Positions 29,059-43,000 are shown, numbered from the stretch's first letter. The stretch: 64,000 nucleotides of DNA from Lingula anatina (GCA_051362555.1 CM120642.1:10292001-10356000), one strand, 5' to 3'. The notes: generated by a model not told the origin, from the sequence alone. Made by a program: numbers and translations.

Positions 29059-32000
29059 ATGGCGGAAAACCTTGGAGCAGATAAGAGTAGTTTACCGTCA
29101 ACCGGGGCGCAGAGTTCGGAAAATCTCCCAACTCCGACCAAGAACTCGCCCTCGCAGCTGAGGAAGAGATACAAATACAGTTTGATCGCGGGGATTATAG
29201 TTGTAACATTGATCATAGCAGCTGTGGTTGGGTACACCGTAGGGAATGCCTTTAAATATCACGGACAACTTCGACAACAAGGTAGGCCTAAATGAGTTCC
29301 CTCTAGATAGCATGGCGTGCTATCGTATGTTTCGATAAGACGGAACAGTTTGAATGTTTTAGTGATCAGCTTAGGTTTATCTGTGTTTACGTAGGTACGC
29401 AAAACTAATCACGTTGTTATAAGTTTGATGGGTCCTTGTTAGTGGGTCCTTGTACTATATTAATGACATTTGGATGCAGCTAAAAACCCAAACATTAAGT
29501 CGTTGTAGAATGTTAATAGACATTACCCTATTAAAAGTTAAAAACTCAAAAGAAAATTATTTTAGACAAAAGACAGCCATAAAAGGTGGTTTACAAATTG
29601 GTCTTTAAAAGTTGACATTGAGTCAGATAATGGCCCACTTAGTGCAAGCAGTGAGGTATACCAGGAAGTTAACTTGTCACCTGATCATTTTGTATTATCG
29701 CGAGTATTAAATATCCATTTGTATTGGTTCAGTTTTTAGTAACCAAGTCTGATTCACCTGTCGAGTACAACATTTCTGTAGATAGGCCTATCTTTTAGCA
29801 CAGGGTTATTCATGTTGCCACCGTTGTGCCTTTTATCAAACTCTGAATTTCGAAAATTCTCTTTTCAAACTGAGCTTTTTTACTGGGAAGTGGGTTTTTT
29901 TTATCTATTTAATTGTGTTTTTACTCCGGATGCCTATTAACAGAAAATTTCAAAAATGAAATTGATTTTTTACTGGTGTTAAAATGTTGAAGCCATCATT
30001 AGATGTATTTAGTCACTTACCTAATGAACATTCATATTAGCAGAGTTTTAATACAAGTATGTTATAAAAAGGGCTTGGGGCCCACTAAAATTTAATACGA
30101 CTTTAGTACAGGTACTACTAGTGATACAGGTAGTTTCGTCAAATTAAAATTATGTTCGGAGGTACATTCCATTGTGCCTAAACATACTTAGCTGACTAAC
30201 TGGTCTTAGTTCATAATTTGAAAGAACGAAAAGAAAATCTGAAAAACTACGACTAGTATTGAGATATTCTTTTTTTCTCCCACCTTCCATTTTTATCAAG
30301 TTATCAAAGAGGGTGTGATCACTTGTTTTAGTGGATACAGATCGGGATACTATAGTTGTTGGGGTCAGCCTGAAATGAATCAAAACAATCTTGACCACAA
30401 ACAACTTGCTCTCGGAATTTTCAAAGTAGTTCACTGACGCAAGCAACAAAGGAAATAAAACGGTTTTATAAAATGGCACACATTGGTGTTTAAATGTCTA
30501 TAAAATTGATGAATAGTAATGTGCTTAACACTCCATTAGGCGTTAAGTCAGAATATCACACGTTGTATTTGACCCAGTGGTCACGGCTTCCACTGTTAGC
30601 ACGTGCATTTTCCAATATGTATGTTTAAAACACGAATTATTACCCACAGCCGAAAGATTCCACGCTAGTACCTTTCTCGAAACGTCCTTTTGTATTGTCT
30701 TGGATTCTGGTGAGGTGCCTTCGAGAGACACATATAGCTATGAGATGTCCCTAAAATCTGAAGACAGCCACTAAATCTTCATTATTTACCACTGAATATT
30801 TACCTGTGATGCTTAATGTTAATTTCCTCCTATCATAAAACAAGACATTCCTTTAATGGATTTCCAAGATTTAGAAATAGCACTGAATAAAATAAATTTC
30901 AAGTCCTTGTTACTTTATAGTTTGCAATATGATACTTGCAAGGTAGGGTCATAGACACTATCAGTATCCGTGGTTTTCACTTGCCATGCTAGCAAGTTAC
31001 GATCTAAAACCAGCAACGCTAACTTGACAACGCCCGTAAGTTGATACTCTTACATGCCTTCACCACTGCAACGCGTTCTTGCTGTTTTATTCGCTCTTGA
31101 GAATGATCGAAAGCGTCTATTTTCGACAACGGTGTAGATAAAGTGTTATCTGTTTACATTATAAGATAAACTCACCAACAAGGCAAAATAATCCGACCAG
31201 TAACCTCTCTCTTTAAATTTTAGTTTGACATTTAGTTTATTTTGAAAAAAATACGAAAGAAGTCACATATAGTTATCTGGAAAGAGCTAGAGTGTATCGT
31301 GAAGATATAAATTAATCAAAAGCCTGGTAGATTAAACGTAGCTAGAAGTACAAGGAACAATATGTAATGTTTCTAACGCATCCCCTTTTTTTTCACATCT
31401 GTATTTTACCCCATTTTTAGTTTAAATTCATTTAAGGTGAAAAATATCCCAGTTGCGATGACCATTATTCAGTCATTTTTAAATTATCATCAACTTGTTT
31501 TCATAGCATTCATACAGTTCACTTGATTGGGAGATGGTAAGGATATAAAAGAAACAAAAAGCAAACAGGTGCGTGATCGTATAACATAAACAGATGTGAT
31601 TAACTTTGAGCATGTCTTTATTTTGTCTTGTGCCTGACACGTAATGTAAAATACACATAACTCAAAATGGAAACAGAAGCCAAACGGTACAAGGTATATG
31701 TCTCCCTGTTTACGTGACGAATTCAGTTCTTTATATATCTTGATTAAAGGCAAAGAAAAAAGAATATTGCAGGCGACTCCTTGTGAATTCACTCGACAAA
31801 ACCGCCCCAAAGTAACCTTATAGTATTTTTTTGTTTGATAGCTGATTCAGTTTGAACAAGGAACGAGGGGTTTCATGGTTTGAATTACATATTACATCCA
31901 TGAAGGTGAATTTACCTTGAGCTCAGTCGACATAATGCCAGAGCCTTGTGAAATCGGTTTCAATTCTTTCCATCTTTTTAATAGAAATACAGCATCAGAC

Positions 32001-35000
32001 GCTCATCGAAGAGGGTGGCAAGGGCAATGATCATGGCAGCGATGTAAATACCCTGGCCTAATTTGCCATTGGGTTTGATACGATCTCTGATAAGAAAAGT
32101 TAGACGAGGTAATAAGTATCTCTGTTTCTGACCTTCTTATAAATATAGGCGATGAATGTCAATTAACTCGGGCACCTCTTTAAAATTTGGGAGTTTTTAA
32201 TTGGTACAACTACTATTACAATTATTTTTCATATCACTTAACTTTTGAGGTTGCCATAAACAGCAATAAAAGAAAATTGGTGATCTTAACCACAACGAAG
32301 AGGTAAAGGTTAAAAAAAAACTAGCCAATGCTTGCTCCTCCTCCACCCATGCTATATAATGTTTTATTATTGTGAGTTAAGTATTAATACCGCCTAGGAC
32401 ATTCCTATCACATGTGGTCAGCTAGTGAGAATGTTTTCTACAATGTCAAGTATGTGGTGATGCCCTGGTAAAACAGCAGTCACATTCTCAACCGAGATTC
32501 TTAATAGCTCATAAAAAGCCACCAGTCAAGGACATTAAAAGAGGGTGGTTAGAAGTGTTTTTCTAAAAATGAAGCAGTTCGATATTTCCTTTTTCTATTT
32601 AGGGCTAATGACAATCTTGTTATTTTTACTTGTCATATTTCATTTTTTTTATACAATTTTCAGCATTGTGAAAAACTAGGCATTCTTTCAAAAAAAAAAA
32701 TACGACATCAGATTTTCAAAAGTATTTCATGTATAAAGACGAAGAAATCGTTTGATTTTTGATGGTAAGAAAAAAATTAATAGGTCTTTTTTGTCGGCCC
32801 TTAGTGCAGGCAGTGTTTTTAAAATATAGTTTCTTATAAAATACATTTTTCAAGATAAAATTTCACATTGATTCACATATAATATTGACTAATTTCTAGG
32901 TCTTCTTCACTTCCCTGCATATGTCGAAGATCCAGAGTCGACTTTAATCCTTTTTCGGTATGGAAAACCGTCCTCCTTTTCTGGATATACAGATCAAATA
33001 GAGGGGGTTTTACGAGGTAAGTTATAACATGTTCAGCATATGAGCAGTGAGCTCGTTAGTTCATCGTATTTTCTATAAAACACTTATATCATGAAATACG
33101 GCGACCGCGAGAAGAAAGTCAAGTATCGGGGGAAGCTTAAAATGTAGAGAAGAAACTTGACTGTGTAGAAAAGGTCAAAAATCCTTGTCAGGAAAAACAA
33201 CAGCGCTTAAAACGCTTCCAAAATTATTTATTCTATATTCATACAGTACTACATCTCATGTAAACCTACTGTCACAGGTGCATGTTGTGAACTAGTAACT
33301 CTCGGTATTTCAGAGGTAAATCTTTTATCCTTGCGTAATCGTGTTTCCCCGATACGTCCTTGAACTGTCCCGGTCCTAGGTCTGAATTACAATCCAATTC
33401 ATTATGATAACAAATAAGTGCATAAAGGGTCCTAAAGCAAAGTGGTGTCATTGAACAATACTGCCAGGAAAGACAACAGCGCCTAAAACTCCTCCACAAT
33501 CATCCGAAACAGCCATGCCGCATGGCCCCGATTTTTCTTCTCCCCCTTTTTGTGATCTCCCAACCCAGGAGAGCTTAATTCTCTGACAACTACCCCCTAC
33601 TAAGAAAAACATTTACTGTTTTTCAATTAATAAATGGTTAAGGTTACAAACACGGTAATAACCCTTTTACAACTCTATATAAAACGTCAACATGTTCATC
33701 TACACAACCAACACATTAATTAGTCTGACGACAACCTCTTAACTGTGTAACACTAAAAAAAAAAATCTTAACCAATAACAGTAAACAGCTTAACTACTTA
33801 ACTACTTTAGTTTAACATGAACTCTTACTCTATAATAAACTTAATAACTACAATGGAACTCTTGAAACAACGACCACTTCTTCACTTACAAATGTGAAAC
33901 TTTATATAACATCTAGCACAAACATCATATTTAACACAACCTACTGAGGTAATCTGCACCCACATTATCTGATCCCTTAATGGCTTCAACTCTGAAATTA
34001 TTCCTCCCCTTGACTGGGGACCCACTGTGTGTCTCAAGGTATTGCTCTGCTAACCTGGTCATCTCATCAACAGTCCTTGGCTTCCTTTCTTTTAAGAACA
34101 CTGACAGTTCATTGGAGCATGTCGACATGAATTGCTCTCGTATGATGAGGTCATTGAGGCTTTCTACTGTATCTTCAACTCCTGAGAGTTCTTTCCATCT
34201 TTGATAATATCTCTTCATCCTAGCAACAAATTGAAACACCGTTTCCCCACTGTCAGGTTTACAGCTTCTGAACTTAACACGAAACCCTTCTTCGGTCAGC
34301 ATATATCTCTTCAACAAAGCTACTTTCAAGTTGTCATAGTTATTAGCTTCCTCGGCTGGCATACTAGAATACGCCTGCAGACCTTTACCAGTTAACAATG
34401 GGCTTAGACTCACTGACCAACTCTCTTTTGGCCACTGCTGACTAGAAGCAAAGCGTTCAAAACGATCTAAAAATGCATCCATGTCATCTTTATTTTCATC
34501 GAATGCAGGTAACTTTGGGCGTGGCGCCTTAACACTTGTTTCACTTGAGGTACTTGCACTGAATTTGGTCTTCTGTTCGCCCAATTGTACCTGGAGCTTC
34601 ATCTTTTCTATTTCCATATGCTCCTTCTCTAACGCCCGCTGCTGTTCTTCTCGCTGAAACTTTCTGTCAAGTTCTTGCTTTTCCATTTCTAATTCATGGT
34701 TTAATCTTAACACTTCCAATTCCTGTTTCTTTCTTTCATCTTCACGTACACGTGCTCTCTCTTCACGCTCTAGGTACTGTTGTTCACATTTTGCTACATA
34801 CTCTCTCAACTGTTCAGCTTCATACCCTAACTTCTGACCATCACTGATGTATTTACTCGTATCCATGCTGTAGGATGTTTTTCTAGCTGTCTTTAGGAAA
34901 ATGAATATCTACTCAACTAAAGAGTGCTACGCACCACTCTACATACAACAGTGCTTTACTAAATCACTTAAGTATATTTAGCACTCTATCAGTCCTATGT

Positions 35001-38000
35001 CACCACACTGTATCACTACAGCACACTACCACCTACATGTACTGTTACTACACTTCACTTAATTACACTCATGTAATTTAACACTGTTGAATATATCCAC
35101 ACACCGTACTGCTTGTAAAGTAAACACAACTAAAGGTAACACTAAATAATCATACCAACACATTACTTCTCTTTGTAATATGAACACTACCATTACGTAC
35201 AACTGTATTACTGCTAACCACTGTTAGGCAGTACCAACACATTACACACTTTTGTAATGCACAACACTACTATAAGGCACAACTGTATTACTGCTAACCA
35301 CTGTTAGGCAGTACCAACACATTACACACTTTTGTAATGCACAACACCACTATAGGGCACAACTATATTACTGCTAACCACTGTTAGACAGTACCAACAC
35401 ATTACACACTTTTGTAATGCACAACACCACTATAGGGCACAACTGTATTACTGCTAACCACTGTTAGGCAGTACCAACACATTACACACTTTTGTAATGC
35501 ACAACACCACTATAGGGCACAACTGTATTACTGCTAACCACTGTTAGACAGAACCAACACATTACACACTTTTGTAATGCACAACACCACTATAGGGCAC
35601 AACTGTATTACTGCTAACCACTGTTAGGCAGTACCAACACATTACACACTTTTATAATGCACTACTCTACGGTCACTGATAACATTTAAGTGTCAGTTGA
35701 TCAACTTGAATAAACACTGTCAGCTGCATGGGCTATAACGTTCATTACACCAGTCCACATCCAGTATCACATGGCACACAACTGTAGCTAACGGTATGAT
35801 AGCATATGTTCCAGTCAGTTCGTTTCACTACACTGAGCATCGCACAGTTATTATAGTTATCAAGGCTGCAACTCACGGCACATGTTGATATCGGTTGTTC
35901 CACAGTCAGCATCGTTCCGCTGTCTTTATTCAGCTCCCGGACGAGCCCCCAAATTGTCAGGAAAAACAACAGCGCTTAAAACGCTTCCAAAATTATTTAT
36001 TCTATATTCATACAGTACTACATCTCATGTAAACCTACTGTCACAGGTGCATGTTGTGAACTAGTAACTCTCGGTATTTCAGAGGTAAATCTTTTATCCT
36101 TGCGTAATCGTGTTTCCCCGATACGTCCTTGAACTGTCCCGGTCCTAGGTCTGAATTACAATCCACTTCATTATGATAACAAATAAGTGCATAAAGGGTC
36201 CTAAAGCAAAGTGGTGTCATTGAACAATACTGCCAGGAAAGACAACAGCGCCTAAAACTCCTCCACAATCATCCGAAACAGCCATGCCGCATGGCCCCGA
36301 TTTTTCTTCTCCCCCTTTTTGTGATCTCCCAACCCAGGAGAGCTTAATTCTCTGACAATCCTATTTATTTTAAATCCCATAACACTGCGTTGTTAAGCCG
36401 ATTTGGATATCCACTCCTTCTCATCTGCATCAATACTAAGATTAGAGATAATTTGGTCATCAATATTGTTCAAATTAATAAATTCCTATTTTTAAAATCG
36501 GTGTTTGTGATGATAATTTTATTTCACGCCAAGGCTATAGCCCAGTCAACCAAAGCAGTGACAACGTGCAGCTCTGTATCAGCGGTCCTCCAGACCCCCT
36601 CTCAGGAAGGGTGTGTTATTTCCCATTACGGAACCTCGGGGGGAGCTGCACGAGACAAGAAGACTACGGTTTTGACGAAGCTTCACCTTGTGTGCTTTTG
36701 ATGCTGAATGGGGTACGTTTGCACCATGTTTAGAATGCGAAAAAGCGTTGCTACGAAAAAGCAATGCGGTTGTCTTTTTTCCGCTTTTTGACATTTTTCT
36801 TGGATCCCCCCTACCAAATGACATTTAATAATTCGTGAAAACTTTCCTCAAGCACAAACAAATGAAATTCAGAAGCTTACATTATGTAGATCTGCGAATA
36901 TTTTTATCTGATCACGACAAAGGCCCTTTCCAACTAAGCTCTCCCTATTTTCGACGCGTATATGATTATTATATTCCATTACCCGCATAGTTCTGTTTCG
37001 TACTGTTTATTTGTAGCAACTATATCAAAATTCAGCTCAGATAGATTTAAACAATATCGCGGAGACTGGAATCATAACCAGATACACAATGAGCACATTC
37101 CGATGCGTTTTTCTCAACAATACGATTCTGAAAAGATATTTATATCACGGGAAGAGTGTGCTTGTGGATTGATACGGAGGTCGTAATTTCAGTATTTTCT
37201 TAAACCTCTACATTTCCTCGATTTTTGTATCCTTGCCATTGTGAAAAGAATTGCTCAGTGAAGAAATTATTTTGATTAAACATTTTTTATCGCTGTCGAG
37301 TAATGTTTGCACAAAACGTGACATGGCCTCTTTTAACTCGTTTCAGCCGGAAGAATGGACGCCTAATGGGTATACAGAGGATACAGTACCGAAACCTTCC
37401 AGAGGACAATACCAAACCAATTATTCAATAGGCTCTTGGGAAAGTTTTGTTGGAGTTCGATGTGAATTTGAGGTGTGTTTACACAAACTTGAGCGGCGTT
37501 GATTTGTTGCGTATAATGTGAAAGAAGTGGGAAAATAAATTGTGATAGCATACCGTCCTTAAAACATTAATCATTTCACGCTACCCTACAGACGTTATGT
37601 TAGCATGCTTTTATGACGTTTTTTGTTTCAGCAGGTTTACAAGTTGTACGTCGCACAATCAAACATTTCACAATTTATTTTGTATACAGCTATGCTTTCG
37701 ATTTGTCTACCAGTATGCTAGGCATTTTTTCCCATTATAAAATCATAGACATAAAAATTACAACCTCAATGTGTTATTATCCAGTATGGGGGGGGGGGGG
37801 GGGGGGGGGGGGTAACAAGGTTTTTATCAGGGCTGTTTTTTCTACATTTAACTGTTTTAACTGTATTACGAGAATTGTCGTTCAGGAAAGACTAACGACT
37901 TTATGGAAAATGTTGAGAAGTTACGTGGCTCAGCTGCATGTGCATGGTGGTGTATCTCTAAGTGTGCCATAGGAATTTTTCATTGAATAAAAGCCCTTTC

Positions 38001-38247
38001 CTTAATTTTGCAGGAACCTGCCGATATTGAAAACGGCGGACCTATTAGTTTTTATCCAGCACATGGATTCTCCACCAAATATTTCCCGTTTCAAGAGGCC
38101 AAACACTACAGATCTCCACTGGTTATGGTTAAATTTGACAAACCAAATCTTGGGGTACTTTTCAAGGTCACGTGCAGAGCTTTAGCGCGAAACATCAACC
38201 CTGGGGACAAGCGCTTCCAAACGACTTTCAGCATCAGAATTGATTAA
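29059..38247 (+). CDS. Na+/K+-ATPase beta subunit-like protein B; exons 29059-29281, 32900-33016, 36534-36712, 37347-37472, 38014-38247
   Basis: TM helix SLIAGIIVVTLIIAAVVGYTVG; GLLHFP...ESTLILF; DYGFDEASPCVLLML; WTP; FYPAHGFSTKYFPF...YRSPLVMVKF...TCRALARNI; six Cys; same exon phases as paralog A. Confidence 0.9.
33186..33588 (-). repeat. 3' LTR
   Basis: TGTCAG...CTGACA ends; preceded on the minus strand by PPT AGTAGGGGGTAG; only one substitution seen versus the other LTR. Confidence 0.97.
33931..34866 (-). CDS. Retrotransposon Gag (coiled coil + capsid/SCAN-like) fused to an RNase H C-terminal remnant
   Basis: PKLPAFDE...MDAFLDRFERFA...W...LSPLLTGKGLQAY...YDNLKVALLKRYMLTEEGFRVKFR...LIIREQF...LKERKP (Gypsy/SCAN-like capsid); ends NFRVEAIKGSDNVGADYLSR, the Ty3/Gypsy RNase H terminal motif. 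Confidence 0.9.
   Translation of the reverse strand: MDTSKYISDGQKLGYEAEQLREYVAKCEQQYLEREERARVREDERKKQELEVLRLNHELEMEKQELDRKFQREEQQRALEKEHMEIEKMKLQVQLGEQKTKFSASTSSETSVKAPRPKLPAFDENKDDMDAFLDRFERFASSQQWPKESWSVSLSPLLTGKGLQAYSSMPAEEANNYDNLKVALLKRYMLTEEGFRVKFRSCKPDSGETVFQFVARMKRYYQRWKELSGVEDTVESLNDLIIREQFMSTCSNELSVFLKERKPRTVDEMTRLAEQYLETHSGSPVKGRNNFRVEAIKGSDNVGADYLSRLC
35155..35660. repeat. 80-bp tandem repeat, about 6.3 copies, in the retroelement leader
   Basis: ctgttag(g/a)ca recurs at 35221, 35301, 35381, 35461, 35541 and 35621. Confidence 0.97.
35936..35952 (-). other. Primer-binding site complementary to the tRNA-Pro 3' end
   Basis: Minus strand reads TGGGGGCTCGTCCGGGA just inside the 5' LTR; matches the well-known MLV tRNA-Pro PBS. 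Confidence 0.93.
35955..36357 (-). repeat. 5' LTR
   Basis: 403-bp direct repeat of 33186-33588. Confidence 0.97.
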
Positions 38248-40086
38248 AGATTTGTTTATCAAGCATTTATTGACAAAAATATTACACGCGGGTGAGCTTT
38301 GAAAAAGCCTTAATAACTCGTAAATATGCAGTCAACTTCTCATTCAGTAAGTATTCAGTTATAAAAGGAGGTTGTAGTAAAACTTTTAATGGTTAGTAGC
38401 GTGGTATGTTGCCAGGAGTTTTTTTTTATGAATCCGCCCATGATATGTGAATGAGAAAGTTATGTTTGAAGAAATTAAAAACCCCTTCATATCAAAATTG
38501 TATATTTTGGGTAATTAAACGTATTTTTATAAATAAGTTATATGTCGATAATGGGATTGTGCCCCCAATGCGACAGGGACTTGTATAGCAATGCGCATCT
38601 TGTTATTGTGAAAAATATGTGATAGGGTCACTTTTGATAAAGCGTTCCCATCTTCGTTTTAGATATAACCAACCAACCATTCGCATGGCAAACGTCCAAT
38701 TTATGCAATTGCTATTTTAGCATAATGAAGTTTTTCTAATTGTTGACAAACCGATTTTACCTATGTCATATTTGCCTTGTGGAACCCGGTTAAATTTGCA
38801 TGCACTGCAATGAAATCGGACGCTGCATTTAGTTGTACACTGCCCGTAAAGATGCCTTTGGTCAACATGTGTGACACCAAACTTCGTCACTCTCTCAGCG
38901 ACGCCGAACAGTCTGTTTATGGCACTGGGAAAAAGCAAGTGTGTCATAAATTCTTTTTGTACGTAATGGTAAATTCAAGTTTTCATTCAAGGTGCTATTT
39001 CGTGTTTTTCATAACTTGTAGGAAAGTATATGCATTTTATTATGATAATGCTGTTAAATAAGGCTACGATAGATAAAGAATAAAAATTCCTTTACGATGC
39101 TTACTCGATTTAGTGACTGTATTAGCGTTCCAGTCTGTTTGAAGACTGCTAGGTGTACTATTACAACTAGACTGGTAAAAAATCAAGATCCCCTTATGAC
39201 AAAAATTTAAATTAGTTACTGTTTTAGTTTATATATCTGTCCATATTGTAAATGTTAGTTTTATATACTTTGTTGGTTGAATTTTAAGTTTTAAATATTA
39301 AAACCAGTTTTAGGTGAAACTGAAGTAAATAATCCAAATCTGCAATAATTGACTGCATGGGTTTTCTCTGCAAGTGATTTGTATTGAAAATTAATTATTT
39401 TTTAAGTTTTACAAAAATAAAATCTTGCAAATTGTGGTAATAAATGAGTCTGATTCTATGCAAAGAGGAAAACCTTCCTGAAATTGTTTTATAGACAGAT
39501 AATGAAATCTTCACGACAGGTCGTGCACTACTTCTGGGCACCCGTTTGCAACAGTATTTATCACTAAAGATCTGTCTCAATTTATTTAATTCCTTATCAT
39601 GGATGCATTTATAGTACATTTATGCATTTTTTCCCTTTAATTAAAGACATATATACGTAAAGTCACAATCTCATACACTTTTCAAACAACACTTAGTAAA
39701 TACATCTAATGACCCCACAGCAGCTTTTTCTGCATGAACAAAACAGAATCCATCAATTCGAAAATCAAAATCCTTGACCAAGGAGCTTTCTATTCGAGGC
39801 ACAGTGAGAAAGTTAGCCAGGGTAATCCCTCAGATTAAAAACATCTGAACTTCGGATACATTCCCCACTTTATTATCTGACAATCACATTATGAATATTT
39901 CATATTCAAAACACATCCTGATTTAATAAAGTATTTCAGGATGAAATTCTTTAGATTTTTGCCATAAGCAAACCACTGTTATTTTGTCTTGTGAAGAGGC
40001 AATAAATAGTGTGAGTTTTTGAAAGATCTCGGAGTGACACATTCGTGGTCCTTTTTACTAGGCAGTTGCAACAAACATTGATGGGT

Positions 40087-43000
40087 TTATTTCGACTGCG
40101 TCTGTAGATCCCTCAGGGTTTTCTTGATTTCTTCCACCATTTTGTCTCTTGGTACCTCTTTCTGAAAAATCAATCAGTCATTAACATGAAACTCTTTGAA
40201 ATGTTTAAAAAAATTCAATATGTACTCAGAGTCCATAAATAATGCAATCCACTGCATAGTTGTTCTAAATGGAAATCAGTTTCATAGACATTTCAAACAA
40301 AGTTATATTTGAAAAGCATTTTATTATTCTATATAAAAAAATTCACATTTTAACATATTACCATGGATGCATCATGAACTCAAACTTAAAATATGGTGAC
40401 ACAAAAATTGGGCAGTAACGTTATTTTGCAAACCCAATGAACAATTAACACTCAAATTATTTGTTAAAATTCAGAATTTTATGTTCTAACCTCTTCTCTA
40501 GTAGAAACATTCCTCATGGTGACCACATTATTCTGTAGCTCAGATTCTCCTATAATAATTGCCAGGGGAATCTGCATGTCTTCACAGTCCTGGAATTGCT
40601 TCAATAGTTTTGGGCTCTTCTTGCATGAATGCTCCGCCTAGAGTTATTAACATGTTTCTTACTGTGCAAAACGTAAAATTCTATAAACAATGCTGTAATA
40701 TGTTTCTTTCCTTTTTTTCAAAACAGACCAGAGAATCTTAAAACTTGGGATAATTATAAGTCTCTGTGTCTGCATTTAAGAAAATTACACAAAAAATTCA
40801 CATCAGTTGGTTATTCACCTTAATATTAGCATCCCACAGTTCTGCACACAGCTTCATCCTATCTTCGTGGAGATTTTTTTGTGCTGACACCACATATACC
40901 TCTGTCTGTGTGGTCCTGCTTTTTATTTGGGAAGCCTGGGAAAGTTAAAATTAACATACATTAAAACCTATTTTTAAATTTCACACACTGGAAAATCCAA
41001 GTTCCCTCATAATTGTATTTTTTCTACAATTCATAACAAAGAAAAGCAACCCTGAATAAAAAGTGTTCAGTAATCAAACATCCAACTTTTACAAAAGAAA
41101 GATATCTCTAAAACCAAAACAAGAGAAGCAATAAAAGTCCTTACCTGACACTTGGCCTCGATGATGGAGAACACCCTCTCTACTCCTATACTGACACCAA
41201 CACAGGGCACATTCTTGCCTTTGGCATCAAACATTCCTACTAAGTTATCATACCTTCCCCCTCCCGCCACACTGCCCACTCCTAGCTGCTCCTCTCCTGC
41301 CCCTGCTGCCAAGGGGGTGTTTGTAAAACCTGGATATAGGATGTACAATGATTTGTTTATGAAATAAAATAGCTTGAGGATGATCTTCTAGGTGACGGGT
41401 GCTCCTCCCCCTCATTAACTGGCGCGTGAGTGTGTGTGCATGTGTGTGCACGCAAGAACATGCATTCTGTATGTGCTTTGTTAAAAACTTGACTATATAT
41501 TGATGTTTTAAAAATGTACATTTTGGTGAGGAGAAATCTCAGAACAACATGTAGGTGCCAAAATACTATACTGATTCATCTTTAACACATGGATTTTTAA
41601 AAAGTACAAGCAAAAAACAAATTCCTTTAAAAACTGTAAAGACTGACAGAGAAAGCAAATAATGCATTAAAAAGACAAAGATTTATCTTTAAATTGAAAA
41701 TAAAGCAATTTCTTAATTTTTTTAAGATTAACAAAAACTTGCCTTTTAAAATGGCTTCATATATAACCCCTGTGTAATAATCTAATCCACGAGCAAGGCT
41801 CAGGTCAAATATCACCTGTGAATTATAATAAAATATTCAATGAGATACATTGTCTATGGTAGTAATCTTATCAGGCTCTGAATATTGAATAAGAAACCAA
41901 ATATTACATTCACACTTGTCAAACTCAATCTAGTCATAATTCAAAAAAAAAAGTTTTAATGACTTGATGGAAAAGAGGAGGAACATTGAAAACCTGTCTG
42001 ATGTCACACAGAATGTGAGACATGACAAATATTGTGTCGTAAAGATTGCTAAACACACATGCACATGGCAATTTGGTTCACAGAAGACATAACTTATCCA
42101 AAGACATATTACCCATTAGTCATTAGTCATTATTCAGTACATGAAAAATTTTAAATATTCAGAGCCTAACACAAACTGTTAAATAGTGGATTTCAAACTC
42201 ACCTTATCTTTAATTCCATACAGTTCACAATACCTCAAGAGCAACTTCATTTGTTCTAAACCTTCTTTGGCATCTTTACTTTTGGACAACCTCTCATCTT
42301 GCAGCAACATTTCTATTAGTTCTGTCCCACCTAAAAAGTTTTAAAAGTAGCATTTACAGATATGGTGTACTTTTGCATCTTTTTAAATGTGTGGATCAAC
42401 TTTTATCACCATATCAAGATTTCTTTAGCACATCTGATGACAGTTTGGCAATAATTAGACACTATGAATGTTTGTTTGTTTTTTTTTTCAGCCAAAACTG
42501 AATGCTTTAAGTGGTGTAAATTTTATGTGCTAGTGTGAGTACTGTTAATCTCACCAAAGCAGCACATAATTATTTTTGTCTCTCCTTCATCTCTGTCCAA
42601 CTTTTTGACAGATTTGACTTGCAGGAGCTACAGGAGTGACAAGATGAAAATGCAGAAATAGATGACAAGTGAAGGAAAGAATTACACATAAGCATACAAT
42701 AAACCTCTATCAAATGACCTGATAACAAAAAAACATGATGAAAAATATTGTGATAATTTACCGCTTTGTTTAACGTAAGTTCCTATCAGATCTGCAGAAG
42801 ATGGTTCTAAACCTTTCTCATCCACCATTTCTGTTCTGACATCATCCCAGAATGTCTGAAACCAAATACACTTTTATGAAAAAATTATGTTCTCAGGAAA
42901 TCTGGTAAGTGTTAGTCAGCACAAGCAAGAAGTGCATGAGTAAACAATATCCAGTGTGCATACTCAAAGCACGCCAAACGTGGCACAGAAAAAAAATTGT

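Larger units (their letters stand above)
33186..36357 (-). mobile_element. Non-autonomous Gypsy (Gmr1-like) LTR retrotransposon, 3172 bp, in intron 2 of beta-like gene B
   Basis: Two 403-bp LTRs with TG...CA ends; 5-bp TSD ATCCT (33181-33185 and 36358-36362); tRNA-Pro PBS; polypurine tract; single gag ORF. Confidence 0.97.

Noticed and set aside
35155-35660. CRISPR-like regular repeat
   Set aside because: Whole units are repeated with no unique spacers, there are no cas genes, and the context is a eukaryotic retroelement.
33272-36268. Duplicate 75-aa ORFs (33272-33499 and 36041-36268)
   Set aside because: They are simply the two LTR copies, with non-ATG starts.
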